A DNA stretch of 64,000 nucleotides from Oscillospiraceae bacterium (lineage in GTDB: Bacteria > Bacteroidota > Bacteroidia > Bacteroidales > Bacteroidaceae). The position numbers were made by a program, and so were the translations under genes. The notes beneath the pieces were generated by a model, which was not told the origin of the DNA, made no database searches, and saw nothing but the letters and a program-made list of their open reading frames with translations. The stretch is taken from the NCBI GenBank assembly GCA_963635115.1, contig CAVHEN010000014.1, positions 168 to 64,167 of the forward strand. Direction: 5' to 3'. Shown piece after piece: positions 18,155 through 28,469 of this stretch; within the stretch, counting starts at the first letter, position 1; every line of letters starts with the position of its first letter.

Positions 18155-18982
18155 ATGAAATTATCCCCACGGGGCATTGTCGCGAAACTGTTTCGCTTGT
18201 GCCTTTCCGCCTGCTTTCTCTTGATTGCGGCATCATGCAACGGTATGTTCTCATCGGTCTACGATGATGCCGACGACGCTGGCAAGACAGAGGCCTCTGA
18301 CTCGCAGATAAGCATGGACGCGTCAAGCTGGCAAAACTGGTACTACATATCTTTCGACTCCCTGGAGGCGCTGCGCCAGCAGGGCGACATGGCAAAGCTC
18401 AAGTACGCCCAAAGCCACTTCACGCCCTACCCAATACCCACGACACCCACTGGCGACAAGACCACCACGCGTCCCGCACAGGGCACCACGGGGCTATACA
18501 CCTATTGGTACGACATCTTCGGCGAGGGACTGTCTAAGAACGAGTTCCGCGCCTTCACGCCCACGGCGCCGCAGCAGGAGCCCGACCATTGGGACCTCGC
18601 CATCCACTATGCCGACGCGCGCACCAACGGCGGCGCGGTGCTCAAGACAAGCTACACGAGCATCGACGACCTGCCGGCTTCATCTGCCGACTTCGCCGGC
18701 ACGGAGTTCACGCCCGACGAGTGGTCGGAGAAAGACGTGTGGGCAGACCAGACCGAGCAGCTGAACAAGCTCCTCGGATGCCAAGGCATAAAGATCAACA
18801 AGGTGCTGTCGTCGTGGCTGGACGTGGAGCTGAAGAGCCTGCCGCCAACGTTCACGCTCGACTCCCACGTCTTCATCATCAAGCTGAAGACAGGGCGCTA
18901 TGCCGCCGTGCAATTGCAAAGCTACATGAACGCCAAAGGCACCAAGGGCATACTCACCATAAACTATAAATACCCCTACTAA
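18155..18982 (+). CDS. HmuY-family lipoprotein
   Basis: Lipobox AASC, WYYISF, WDLAIH, ARTNGG, C-terminal LTINYKYPY; next to a TonB receptor. Confidence 0.82.
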   Translation: MKLSPRGIVAKLFRLCLSACFLLIAASCNGMFSSVYDDADDAGKTEASDSQISMDASSWQNWYYISFDSLEALRQQGDMAKLKYAQSHFTPYPIPTTPTGDKTTTRPAQGTTGLYTYWYDIFGEGLSKNEFRAFTPTAPQQEPDHWDLAIHYADARTNGGAVLKTSYTSIDDLPASSADFAGTEFTPDEWSEKDVWADQTEQLNKLLGCQGIKINKVLSSWLDVELKSLPPTFTLDSHVFIIKLKTGRYAAVQLQSYMNAKGTKGILTINYKYPY

Positions 18983-18996
18983 CCGCCGGAAAGGAA

Positions 18997-20970
18997 ATGA
19001 TGAAAAGACACTTCGCAACCTTCTTGCTCTCGGCAATGGCACCCCTTGCCCTTGCCGCGCAGACCGACTCGCTGCTCATTGCCGACGACCTCAGCCAAGT
19101 GGTCGTCACGGGAACGCGCACGCCAAAGAGCCTGCTCAAGACGCCCGTCATGACAAGGGTCATCAGCCACGCGGAGATAGAGAAGGCTGACGCCACCACG
19201 CTGCAAGATATATTGAAACAGAATATCCCTGGGGTGGAGTTCTCCTACTCCATGAACCAGCAACGCCACATGAACTTCTCCGGCTTTGGCGGGCAAAGCA
19301 TGCTCATACTCGTGGACGGCGAACGGCTCGCGGGCGAGACGATGGACGATGTCGACTTCGACCGCCTCACCCTCAGCAACGTGGACCACATCGAGATCGT
19401 GAAGGGTCCCGTGTCTGCCCTTTACGGCAGCAACGCCAACGGGGGCGTGATAAACATCATAACGAAGGACAACGACAAGCCGTTCAAGCTCAACGTCAAC
19501 GCGCGCCTGGGAAAGCACAACAGCCAGAGATACGGGTTGGCGTGGGAGCAGGCTTTCGGCAAGTGGGCCAACACCTTCGACGTGACCCGCAACAGCAGCA
19601 GCAACTACGACGTGCACAGCGCCGCCGACCCCGCCACGCGTGTCTTCTCGACCATCTATGGCGACAACACCTACAACTTCAAGGATCAAATAGCCTTCCG
19701 CCCAACGAGCGACATAAACATAAAGGCGCATGCCGGCTACTTCTTCAGGCAGACGAAGCGCTCTGTCGACACGCCCGAGCGATACCGCGACTACAATGGA
19801 GGCGTGAAGGCCGACTGGCGCATAACCGCCGCCGACCACATCTACGGCAGCTACGCATTCGACCAATACGACAAGTCGAACTTCCAAAGCGCCAACAAGC
19901 TCGACATCCGCTACTACTCAAACGTGCAAAACGCCTTCAGGATGCTCTACAACCACTCGTTCAACAAGGCCCACATCCTCACCGTGGGCTCCGACTACAT
20001 GCACGACTTCCTGCGAAACAACCGCCTTGCCTCAGGCACGCACCACCAAGACTGCTTCGACGCCTTCGCGCAATACGATGGCGAGCTGAACGACATCTGG
20101 GAGGTGGTGGCAGCATTGCGCTACGACTATTTCTCCGACGGCTCGTCGCTGCAGCGCCTCACGCCGAAGCTGAGCATACGCCACACGCCGATGAAGGGCC
20201 TCAACGTGCGCTTCGGATATGGCATGGGTTTCAGGGCGCCTTCGCTGAAGGAGAAGTACTACCAATACGACGCCGCCGGAATATGGATAATACAAGGCAA
20301 CCCGAGCCTGAAGCCAGAGTATAGCGACAACTTCAACCTCTCGCTCGAATACCACTGGCGAAACTATGAGTTCCTGCTCGACGGATACCACAACCACGTG
20401 AAAGACAAGATAGCCTCCGGCGTGCCTTACTATGCCAACAAGACGGATCTCACGCCGACGCTGCCCTACGTGAACCTCGACACCTACTCGGTGAGCGGAC
20501 TGGAGGCGTCGGCAAAGGGACATTGGAGCAACGGGCTCTCGGCAAGCGTGGCATACGCCTTCACCAACGAGAAGATGCCGAAGGACAAGGACGGCAACAC
20601 GGCAAACAACCAGTACATTCCGGCGCGAAAGCACTCGCTCACCGTGCATGCCGACTGGGAGCACCGCTTCTGCAAGGCCTATGCCATGGACATCATCGTG
20701 GACGGAAAGGTGATGTCGGGCGTGGAAAACGTGGAATATGTCAACTATTACGACATCTCCCAGGGCGTGGCAAACGTCAACTATCCCGCCTACACGATGT
20801 TGAAGCTGATGATATGCAACCGCATAGGCAAGGCCGTGAAGCTGAACCTCACCATCGACAACCTGCTGAACTACAAGCCGCGCTACTATTACCTCAACGC
20901 GCCGCTCACCGATGGCGTGAGCCTCATGGCAGGCTTGTCTATAGACATCGACAAGCTCATCCGCCATTAA
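18997..20970 (+). CDS. TonB-dependent receptor (HmuR-like)
   Basis: VVVTGTRT, plug LVDGE..IEIVKGPVSALYGS, FRAP and NPSLKPE motifs. Confidence 0.9.
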   Translation: MMKRHFATFLLSAMAPLALAAQTDSLLIADDLSQVVVTGTRTPKSLLKTPVMTRVISHAEIEKADATTLQDILKQNIPGVEFSYSMNQQRHMNFSGFGGQSMLILVDGERLAGETMDDVDFDRLTLSNVDHIEIVKGPVSALYGSNANGGVINIITKDNDKPFKLNVNARLGKHNSQRYGLAWEQAFGKWANTFDVTRNSSSNYDVHSAADPATRVFSTIYGDNTYNFKDQIAFRPTSDINIKAHAGYFFRQTKRSVDTPERYRDYNGGVKADWRITAADHIYGSYAFDQYDKSNFQSANKLDIRYYSNVQNAFRMLYNHSFNKAHILTVGSDYMHDFLRNNRLASGTHHQDCFDAFAQYDGELNDIWEVVAALRYDYFSDGSSLQRLTPKLSIRHTPMKGLNVRFGYGMGFRAPSLKEKYYQYDAAGIWIIQGNPSLKPEYSDNFNLSLEYHWRNYEFLLDGYHNHVKDKIASGVPYYANKTDLTPTLPYVNLDTYSVSGLEASAKGHWSNGLSASVAYAFTNEKMPKDKDGNTANNQYIPARKHSLTVHADWEHRFCKAYAMDIIVDGKVMSGVENVEYVNYYDISQGVANVNYPAYTMLKLMICNRIGKAVKLNLTIDNLLNYKPRYYYLNAPLTDGVSLMAGLSIDIDKLIRH

Positions 20971-21025
20971 TGGAGCGCAGCATAAAACGTTGAGCCACAA
21001 CCCTTTCGGCTTCGCGTTATGGCTC

Positions 21026-21113
21026 TTTCGGCTTCACGCCGCAATCGCGTTGCCCTTGCGCCGCAACCGCATCGGCTCAGCGCCGCAATCGCGCCGCCTT
21101 TGCGGCGGCAACG
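21026..21113 (+). repeat. 22-bp minisatellite element, copy 3
   Basis: Units CGTTGCCCTTGCGCCGCAACCG and CATCGGCTCAGCGCCGCAATCG at 22-bp period. Confidence 0.8.
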
Positions 21114-21175
21114 CGAAACGGTGGCTGTAAGCAACCAAGCGGCGCCGTGGCAGCATGACAGACAGACAACATATG

Positions 21176-21220
21176 GGGCGGAAAGTTGATACTTGTGTCA
21201 ACTTTCCGCCCTTTTCCTTT
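21176..21220 (+). terminator. Intrinsic terminator after the TonB receptor
   Basis: GGGCGGAAAGTTGA/TCAACTTTCCGCCC stem followed by TTTTCCTTT. Confidence 0.8.
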
Positions 21221-21290
21221 GTCGGTTTCAAATCTTTGTCGTATTTTTGCCATTACAAAAATGTTGTAACACAAAATGTGTAATGGCGCT

Positions 21291-22427
21291 ATGAGATTAA
21301 GTAATAAGAAATTAGCCAACCCCTTCATCTATCAGGGATACGAAAGCCCCGCCTATTTCTGCGACAGGCAGACGGAAACGCAGACCCTGCTGTCGCATCT
21401 GCGGAACGGGAGGAACGTCACCCTCATCTCCCCTCGAAGGATAGGTAAGACCGGACTCATAAAGAACACGTTCTTCCGCCTGAAGGAGGAGGAAGAAGAC
21501 GTGGTGTGCCTCTATCTCGACATCTTCGCCACCAAGAACCTGCACGACTTCGTGGAGCAGCTTGGCGTGATGGTCATCAACGACATCGTGCGCAAAAACG
21601 CGTCGTTCATGGAGAGGGTCATCGCGTTCTTCAGTGCCTTGCGCCCCGTGTTCAGCATGGATCCGTTGACAGGCGAGCCAAGCGTGTCTATCACGGTGGA
21701 GCCGACGCAAGAGGAGTTTACCATACGCAGCATCTTCAACTATCTCAACGAGAGCGGCAAGGAGGTCTATGTAGCCATTGATGAGTTTCAGCAGATAGCG
21801 GAATATCCGGAGAAAGGCACCGAGGCGCTGTTGCGGTCGTATATCCAGTTTGCCCAGCACGTCCACTTCATATTCTCAGGCAGCAAACACCACTTGATGG
21901 CGGAGATATTCGGCTCGCCGAAGCATCCTTTCTACCAAAGCGCTGAGATGATGGGCTTGAAGCCTCTCGACAGCGACGTCTATTACGACTTCTGCCAACG
22001 CTTCTTCAAGCAGAAGGGTGGCGACCTGTCGAGCGACATCTTCGAGCACGTCTACCAGTGTTTCGATGGTCACACGTGGTATGTGCAGTGCATCATGAAT
22101 CGCCTGTATGAGACTGAGACGCAGGTGGATAGCGTCGGGCAGGTCAACGCCGCCATGCTCTCCATCCTTGAGGGCAGGGCGCCGCAGTTTGAGAGCATGA
22201 CGCAGTTTTTCACCGAAAACCAGTTCGCCCTCCTCAAGGCCATTGCCAAGGAAGGCATCGTGGCGCAACCCACCGCCGGAAAGTTCATCAAGGATCACAA
22301 GCTGAGCGGAGCCAGCAGCGTGAAGGCGGCGCTGAAGGTCCTGGAAGAGAAGGAACTGGTATACCGAAAGACTGAGGGCTACGTGGTCTACGACAGGTTC
22401 ATGGACTTGTGGCTGAGAAGGGGCTGA
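21291..22427 (+). CDS. P-loop ATPase (archaeal ATPase-like) with C-terminal winged helix
   Basis: NPF...YFCDR, SPRRIGKT, IDEFQ, FSGSK; start moved to ATG 21291 (behind -7 box 21242-21249). Confidence 0.85.
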   Translation: MRLSNKKLANPFIYQGYESPAYFCDRQTETQTLLSHLRNGRNVTLISPRRIGKTGLIKNTFFRLKEEEEDVVCLYLDIFATKNLHDFVEQLGVMVINDIVRKNASFMERVIAFFSALRPVFSMDPLTGEPSVSITVEPTQEEFTIRSIFNYLNESGKEVYVAIDEFQQIAEYPEKGTEALLRSYIQFAQHVHFIFSGSKHHLMAEIFGSPKHPFYQSAEMMGLKPLDSDVYYDFCQRFFKQKGGDLSSDIFEHVYQCFDGHTWYVQCIMNRLYETETQVDSVGQVNAAMLSILEGRAPQFESMTQFFTENQFALLKAIAKEGIVAQPTAGKFIKDHKLSGASSVKAALKVLEEKELVYRKTEGYVVYDRFMDLWLRRG

Positions 22428-22501
22428 AGGCCGGCGGAGCAAACATCTCCAACGGTAGGCATGAATCGAGGGGACTGTCCGTATGAAAGAAGGGTTTCTG
22501 C

Positions 22502-22583
22502 TGCATAATTATCCGATTGCATTGAAAAGGCGAGCCTTTTCTTGCATAAAGTTTGAGTTTGCCAATAATTATGCCTATCTTTG
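22502..22583 (+). promoter_or_regulatory. proA promoter (-33 TTTG 22552, -7 TATCTTTG 22576) with ARG-box-like palindromes
   Basis: TGCATAATTATCCG (22502), TGCATAAAGTTTGA (22543), CCAATAATTATGCC (22562). Confidence 0.5.
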
Positions 22584-22652
22584 CCATTCTTAACGAAGAG
22601 CCCGAATGCCCTCCGAGAAGAATCTTTAAATAGAACTCAAAAGCGATAGCGG

Positions 22653-23939
22653 ATGGAACTGAAAGAGACTTTCCAAAAGGTGAAGGCGGCAAGCAAGGCG
22701 TTAGGCTTGCTGACCGACGACAGGCGCAACGAGATACTCAGTGCGGTGGCTGATGCCATCGTTGCCGAGACGCCCGCGTTGCTCGACGCCAACGCCAACG
22801 ACTTGGCTAAGATGGACGCGGCGAACCCGATGCGCGACCGGTTGCAGCTCACCGAGCAACGGTTGCGCGACATAGCGTCGGACATGCGGCATGTCGCCAC
22901 CTTGCCATCGCCCTTGGGCAGGATTCTCAAGGACAAGACGCTCGACAACGGCCTTCGCCTGCAAAGGGTGAGCGTGCCGTTTGGGGTCATTGGCATGATC
23001 TACGAGGCGCGACCCAACGTCACCTTCGACGTGTTCGCGCTCTGTTTCAAGAGTGGCAACGCGTGCGTGCTGAAAGGCGGAAAAGACGCCGACGCCTCCA
23101 ACACGGCTGCCGTGGCGCTGATCCACAAGGTGCTGAAGGCGTTTGGCGTGAACCCCGACGTGGTGACACTGCTCCCCGCAACCCATGATGCGACAGCCGC
23201 GATGCTTAGCGCCGTGGGCTATATCGACCTCTGCATACCGCGTGGCGGCAAGCGGCTCATCAGCTTTGTGCGCGACACGGCCAAGGTGCCTGTCATAGAG
23301 ACGGGCGCTGGCGTGGTGCATTGCTACTTCGACAAGGATGGCGACGTGGAGATGGGATGCCGCATCGTGACCAACGCCAAGTGCCGCAGGGTGAGCGTGT
23401 GCAACGCGCTCGACTGCCTGCTGATACACGAGAGCCGCTTGGGCGACCTGGCAACGCTCTGCGAGGACCTCGCGAAGCACGAGACCAAGCTTCACGCCGA
23501 CGCCAAGGCTTACGAGGCATTGAAGGGTCGCTACCCTGACACATTATTATATATGGCAGAGGAAAGCGAACGGAAGATGATGACTGCCAATCCCGACACC
23601 AAGAGCATTTGGGGCACCGAATGGCTCAGCATGCAGATGGGCATCAAGACCGTGGCATCGGAGGATGAGGCTCTCGACCACATAGCCGCCTACGGAAGCG
23701 GACACAGCGAGAGCATAGTCTCCGACGACCAGCAAGCACAGGCGAAGTTCCAGGCGATGGTGGATGCCGCTTGCGTCTACGTCAACGCGCCGACAAGCTT
23801 CACCGATGGCGCGCAGTTTGGGCTGGGAGCCGAGATTGGCATCAGCACGCAGAAACTTGGAGCGCGTGGGCCAATGGCATTGGAGGAAATCACGACTTAC
23901 AAGTGGCTCATTACGGGACACGGGCAGGTAAGGGCGTGA
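22653..23939 (+). CDS. proA: Gamma-glutamyl phosphate reductase
   Basis: [53 protein letters not shown]. Confidence 0.96.
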   Translation: MELKETFQKVKAASKALGLLTDDRRNEILSAVADAIVAETPALLDANANDLAKMDAANPMRDRLQLTEQRLRDIASDMRHVATLPSPLGRILKDKTLDNGLRLQRVSVPFGVIGMIYEARPNVTFDVFALCFKSGNACVLKGGKDADASNTAAVALIHKVLKAFGVNPDVVTLLPATHDATAAMLSAVGYIDLCIPRGGKRLISFVRDTAKVPVIETGAGVVHCYFDKDGDVEMGCRIVTNAKCRRVSVCNALDCLLIHESRLGDLATLCEDLAKHETKLHADAKAYEALKGRYPDTLLYMAEESERKMMTANPDTKSIWGTEWLSMQMGIKTVASEDEALDHIAAYGSGHSESIVSDDQQAQAKFQAMVDAACVYVNAPTSFTDGAQFGLGAEIGISTQKLGARGPMALEEITTYKWLITGHGQVRA

Positions 23940-23990
23940 AGAACAAAGGGTGAAGGCTGCAGGGCGAGGAGGCACGAAAGGAATGCGCCA

Positions 23991-24118
23991 CCGTGTCGAT
24001 TCACGTGGAAAACCGTCGCGGCGGACGCCCCGTTGCCTTTGCGCCGCAATCGCGCCTTCCTCGCGCCGCAACCGCAGTGGCTTCGCGCCGCAATCGCGCC
24101 GCGTTTACGCCGCAATGC
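23991..24118 (+). repeat. 22-bp minisatellite element, copy 4 (left TIR only)
   Basis: CCGTGTCGATTCACGTGGA, then four units from 24031. Confidence 0.8.
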
Positions 24119-24191
24119 CAAACGCCGTGGGCAAGCCACGCCGCGGGCTGCCACTGAAGCAGAATCATAACGCAAAAACAAAATAACAACA

Positions 24192-25187
24192 ATGAAGACA
24201 TTCTTTAATGTGGAAGACCTCGGCGACTTGAAAGCCGCTCTCGCCGAGGCACAAGAGGTGAAGGCAAACCGTTTCGGTTGTCAGGAGCTGGGCAAGAACA
24301 AGACCCTGTTGATGATATTCTTCAACAACAGTCTGCGCACCCGACTGAGCACCCAAAAGGCGGCAATGAACCTGGGCATGAACGTCATCGTGCTCGACGT
24401 GAACGCCGGAGCATGGAAGCTGGAGACGGAGCGTGGCGTCATCATGGATGGCGACAAGAGCGAGCACTTGCTGGAGGCGATACCGGTGATGAGCAGCTAT
24501 TGCGACATCATCGCCGTGCGCTCGTTTGCCGGACTGAAAGACCGCGATTACGACTATGCCGAGACCATCGTGAACCAGTTTGTGAAGTATTCGGGCAAGC
24601 CAGTGGTAGCCATGGAGACCGCCACGGTGCACCCCTTGCAGGCTTTTGCCGACTTGATAACGATAAGCGAGAAGTGGGCTGAGCTGCAAGCCAACCCTGC
24701 CACCAAGCGCGACCATGACCGCCCGAAGGTGGTGCTGACGTGGGCGCCCCATTGCCGCGCCTTGCCTCAGGCCGTGCCAAACTCGTTCGCACAGTGGATG
24801 AACAAGGCGGATGTCGACTTCGTGGTGACGCAGCCCGAGGGCTACGAGCTTGACCCGAAGTTTGTGGGCGATGCCAAGGTGGAGTATGACCAGAAGAAGG
24901 CGCTTGAGGGAGCCGACTTCGTGTATGCGAAAAACTGGAGCTGCCCTGGCGTGAAGGACCCAGCTCAATATGGGCAGATATTGAGCAAGGACATGGGATG
25001 GACGATCGACGAGGAGCACATGTCGTGGACAAACAATGGCTATTTCATGCATTGCCTACCCGTGCGCCGTGGACTCATCGTGACCGACGACGTGATAGAG
25101 AGCGACCACAGCCTGGTGATACCAGAGGCTGCCAACCGCGAGATCTCAGCCGAGGTGGTGCTGAAGCGTGTGCTTGAGAGCCTTTGA
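24192..25187 (+). CDS. argF: N-acylornithine carbamoyltransferase ArgF' (probably N-succinylornithine-specific)
   Basis: NSLRT, GVIMDGDKSEHLLEAIPV, HPLQ, WAPH..LPQAV, HCLPVRR of the Bacteroides ArgF' clade. Confidence 0.88.
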   Translation: MKTFFNVEDLGDLKAALAEAQEVKANRFGCQELGKNKTLLMIFFNNSLRTRLSTQKAAMNLGMNVIVLDVNAGAWKLETERGVIMDGDKSEHLLEAIPVMSSYCDIIAVRSFAGLKDRDYDYAETIVNQFVKYSGKPVVAMETATVHPLQAFADLITISEKWAELQANPATKRDHDRPKVVLTWAPHCRALPQAVPNSFAQWMNKADVDFVVTQPEGYELDPKFVGDAKVEYDQKKALEGADFVYAKNWSCPGVKDPAQYGQILSKDMGWTIDEEHMSWTNNGYFMHCLPVRRGLIVTDDVIESDHSLVIPEAANREISAEVVLKRVLESL

Positions 25188-25196
25188 TGGTAGCGT

Positions 25197-26018
25197 TCAC
25201 TTCGTGAACTCACGCACGACCCAACCGTTGTAAGTATTCAATGACAACCGCGCCTTGGTGCCGGTTGTCATTTGTTTTATAGGAATGCTGATATAAACGT
25301 CGGTGGTATAATACTCGGGCACGCCGCCTTGGTCGTGCAAGAACCTGAAGCAGTAGGTGGTCGTGCCGCCGACGACCACGGTGCTGTCGAGCGCAAGCCC
25401 TATGCTTTGCCTTTGGTCTTCGCCGCTCGCCTTGCCCGTCTTCATGCCCAGGCGGAAGTTGATGTAGTTGCCGTTCTTGCTCTTCCATGCGCTGACAAGG
25501 CTCACGGGGTCGGTAGCCGTCATGGTCTGCTTGGATGGATCCGCAGGCTTCAGCGTGTAGACCATCTTCGCAGCCAAGGGCTCAACGACGTTGGAGTCGG
25601 TGCCGTTGGCGTACATATTATAATTGAGAAGGACGCGGCAGAGGCTGTCGGGCGTGCTTTTCCAACTTGTTTGCAGGGGCTCAGTGAAGGTCAGGCTGAG
25701 GTTGTCGTCGGTGGTTGCCGCGGCGAGCCTTGCCTGGTTGTCGGTAACGGCGTCAACGAAGTCGGTGCGCAGATAGCTGTATTTTGAGTCGCCTTCCTCG
25801 TAGGATGAACTGGAGCAAGACGGGAAAAGAAGCAGAAGTCCCGCCACATAAAGCGGGAGCCACTGCAATGCCAAATAGGGCAGACGCCGCTCTCCCGCCC
25901 TCCCTGATGGGCGCGAGGGGGCAATACCGCGCGATGTTCCTGATGTGCGGAAGACGGCTTTCAGTCTATGGGATAAGGCAGAAAGCTTGTTTTCGAGATG
26001 ATTTGTTAGTTTGCGCAT
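25197..26018 (-). CDS. NigD-like lipoprotein
   Basis: Lipobox LLLFPSC, TDPVSLVSAW, YINFRL, HDQGG; start uncertain. Confidence 0.6.
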   Translation of the reverse strand: MRKLTNHLENKLSALSHRLKAVFRTSGTSRGIAPSRPSGRAGERRLPYLALQWLPLYVAGLLLLFPSCSSSSYEEGDSKYSYLRTDFVDAVTDNQARLAAATTDDNLSLTFTEPLQTSWKSTPDSLCRVLLNYNMYANGTDSNVVEPLAAKMVYTLKPADPSKQTMTATDPVSLVSAWKSKNGNYINFRLGMKTGKASGEDQRQSIGLALDSTVVVGGTTTYCFRFLHDQGGVPEYYTTDVYISIPIKQMTTGTKARLSLNTYNGWVVREFTK

Positions 26019-26104
26019 CTTTGTTTGTTTCCTTGGTGTTGCCCACCTTGTCGTGTTGGAGCCATGCCAAGATGGTGGCGTGCCAAGGCTGAGACGTATC
26101 AAAA

Positions 26105-26136
26105 TTGCCCCTTCCCCTGGGTGGGGGAGGGGGCAA
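26105..26136. terminator. GC-rich hairpin after the acyltransferase gene
   Basis: TTGCCCCTTCCCC/GGGGAGGGGGCAA with TTTT on the minus strand. Confidence 0.55.
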
Positions 26137-26155
26137 GAGGACGGGATCGCCCGTC

Positions 26156-27355
26156 TTATTTGGTGAAGTTGAACTTGCTGAAGAACTGCTTCAGCCTGCC
26201 AGTAGACTCCGTTGCCGTGAGGTAGTTGCGGGTGGGGTAGGCATATTGCGTGAGGAGACAGCGACGCAAGTAGGTCTCGTCCTTGTTCTCAATGTCGATA
26301 AGGGCAAGTCGGCTGGCAATGTATTCCTCGAAGTTGTCGTAGTCGGCCTGCGTGTAATTGTCGGCATACATCTTCGTGTTCTGAATCATGTCGAGTGCGA
26401 CGTAGTTTTGAGGATAGAGCAAGTAGTTGCGGTGGATCTCGTGGTCTATATGCTCAGCGATCTGCTCAAACATCTTGTTGCGCGGCTGTTCCTGGTTCAC
26501 GGTCTGCAGCCACTCGTCGATGCACGGTGCGCAGCAGTAGTGGATGTGGCCCTTGAATCCCTTGATGCCCACGCTCATGCTTTCCAGGTCGTCGCCAGGC
26601 GCCTTCTTCCAGTAGGGCAGGTCGCGGCGCAACTGGTATTCGCGCGCCTTGAGATAGTCGCATGGGTCATACTGGTAGCTTATGGCTACAGGCGCGATGT
26701 GGAGCTGGGTGAGGCGGTCGATGATGGATCCCTCGCCACCCATAGCCATCATCTTGAGAATGGCGGGTTGCGTGAGGTCGTTTGAGTTCTTGGCGCGTCC
26801 CTCTCGCTGGGCTATCCAGATGTTGTCGTTCTTTTGGGCGATGACGAAGTGCATGTATTCCGACATGCGCTTGCTTGCGCGGAGCATCTCGCTCGATTTC
26901 AGCGCGCGCTCCACCGTGAAGGTCTTGTTGATACGAGCCAAGGCGCGCACCCAGTCGAGCTGGAGCAGGTTGTCGCCAATGGCAATCTCGCACGTGGTGC
27001 CGAAGCCGGTGTCTATCAAGAGCTTGTCGAGGAAGGCGGAGTCGAGCACTATATCGCGGTGATTGCTCACGAAGGTGTAGCGCTTGCGAATGTCAACGTT
27101 GTAGAAGTCCATGTCGATGCCGTTGCTCTGCTCGGCGATGAGCTTCTGCAATATGGCATAGCAGAAGTTGCGCTGGAAGTCGAAATTGGTCTTGCACTCG
27201 TGCATCTTCTTTGCCACGATTTCCATGGGCACGTTGGGGTAGACGTATGCCACGACTTGATGGAACAGCTTGTCGGCAAGCAGCTTGTCGTACACGGCCG
27301 CGAGCTCTTCAGGCTCATAAGGCCTTATGGGATCAAATTCAGAGGGTACTTTCAT
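26156..27355 (-). CDS. Glycerolipid acyltransferase (PlsC-like, HX4D)
   Basis: SNHRDIVLD, AIGDNL, WIAQREGRAK, YQYDPCD. Confidence 0.85.
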   Translation of the reverse strand: MKVPSEFDPIRPYEPEELAAVYDKLLADKLFHQVVAYVYPNVPMEIVAKKMHECKTNFDFQRNFCYAILQKLIAEQSNGIDMDFYNVDIRKRYTFVSNHRDIVLDSAFLDKLLIDTGFGTTCEIAIGDNLLQLDWVRALARINKTFTVERALKSSEMLRASKRMSEYMHFVIAQKNDNIWIAQREGRAKNSNDLTQPAILKMMAMGGEGSIIDRLTQLHIAPVAISYQYDPCDYLKAREYQLRRDLPYWKKAPGDDLESMSVGIKGFKGHIHYCCAPCIDEWLQTVNQEQPRNKMFEQIAEHIDHEIHRNYLLYPQNYVALDMIQNTKMYADNYTQADYDNFEEYIASRLALIDIENKDETYLRRCLLTQYAYPTRNYLTATESTGRLKQFFSKFNFTK

Positions 27356-27393
27356 ACGGATAAAGATTTATGGTGTTGGGTGATTCTTGCTGT

Positions 27394-28161
27394 TTATTCG
27401 TCTGCTATCACGAGGTCGATGCCCATCGCCTCTACCTGTTGGCGTATTTGCTCGGGCAGGCGATTGTCGGTGATGATCATGTCGACATCCTCGATATTGC
27501 ATATCTTCGCGAATCCACGCCTTCCGAACTTCGTGCTGTCTGCCAGCACGATGGTCTTCTGTGCGGTCTGCATCATGGCGCGGTTGATCTCGGCCTCGCG
27601 CATGTCGGTGGTGGAGATGCCAAACTCAAGGTCTATGCCGTCCACGCCGAGGTATAGCTTGCTGAACGAGAATCCTGCGAGGATCATCTCGGCATACTTG
27701 CCCACCACCGAGAGGCTGGTGTGGCGCACTATGCCGCCGAGCTGGATGAGCTCCACGGTATCGAGTGGCGCCAAGACCTCAGCCACCTGCAGCGAGGCGG
27801 TGACAACGGTGAGGCGGCTCTCCGGATGGATGCTTCTCGCAAGCGAGTGGATGGTGGTGCCCGAAGCCAAGACGATGGAGTCGTTGGGCTCAATCAGCTT
27901 GGCTGCCTCGGCTCCTATTTGCTGTTTCTCGTCCATGTTGAGCTTCTCCTTCTCCGTGACCGTGCGGTTGTTGGTGAAGGGGTTTATGAGGATTGCCCTG
28001 CCGTGACTGCGGTATAGCTTGCCCTCCTTCTCCAAGTTGGTAAGGTCCTTGCGGATGGTGACAGACGAAACTTGCAGATAGTTGGCCAGTTCGGTAACCT
28101 GTATGGAGCCTTGCTTGAGCAGGTTGTCCATGATTTCGCTATGACGTTCTTCTTTGGTCAT
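27394..28161 (-). CDS. DeoR/GlpR(AgaR)-family transcriptional repressor
   Basis: VSSVTIRKDL HTH, RSHG, EKQQIG, SGTT, DSTKFG; start MTKEERH at 28161. Confidence 0.9.
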   Translation of the reverse strand: MTKEERHSEIMDNLLKQGSIQVTELANYLQVSSVTIRKDLTNLEKEGKLYRSHGRAILINPFTNNRTVTEKEKLNMDEKQQIGAEAAKLIEPNDSIVLASGTTIHSLARSIHPESRLTVVTASLQVAEVLAPLDTVELIQLGGIVRHTSLSVVGKYAEMILAGFSFSKLYLGVDGIDLEFGISTTDMREAEINRAMMQTAQKTIVLADSTKFGRRGFAKICNIEDVDMIITDNRLPEQIRQQVEAMGIDLVIADE

Positions 28162-28183
28162 GGTCGTCTTTGTTATTTTGGTT

Positions 28184-28365
28184 CCATGTCGATTCATACG
28201 GGAGAAACCATCGTGCCGTGTTCACCCATTTGCCTTCGCGCCGCAATCGCATTGCCTTCGCGCCGCGACCGCATCGCCCTTACGGCGCAATCGCATTGCC
28301 ATTGCGCCGCGCTCGCGTCGTGGTGAAATCAGCTTTGATGACTTAACCCACGCGAATCAACATCG
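28184..28365 (+). mobile_element. MITE-like element, copy 5, in the regulator's 5' leader
   Basis: Left CCATGTCGATTCATACGGG, right CCCACGCGAATCAACATCG, internal 22-bp units; regulator -7 box at 28381-28388. Confidence 0.65.
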
Positions 28366-28469
28366 CCCCGTTATTTTTTACAAAGATAATCTTTTTATTC
28401 TAATCCAGTCCCTTTGCCAGAGCTTTTATAGGTATTATTAACAGTCAAAAAGGCGGTATTGCCAAAACT

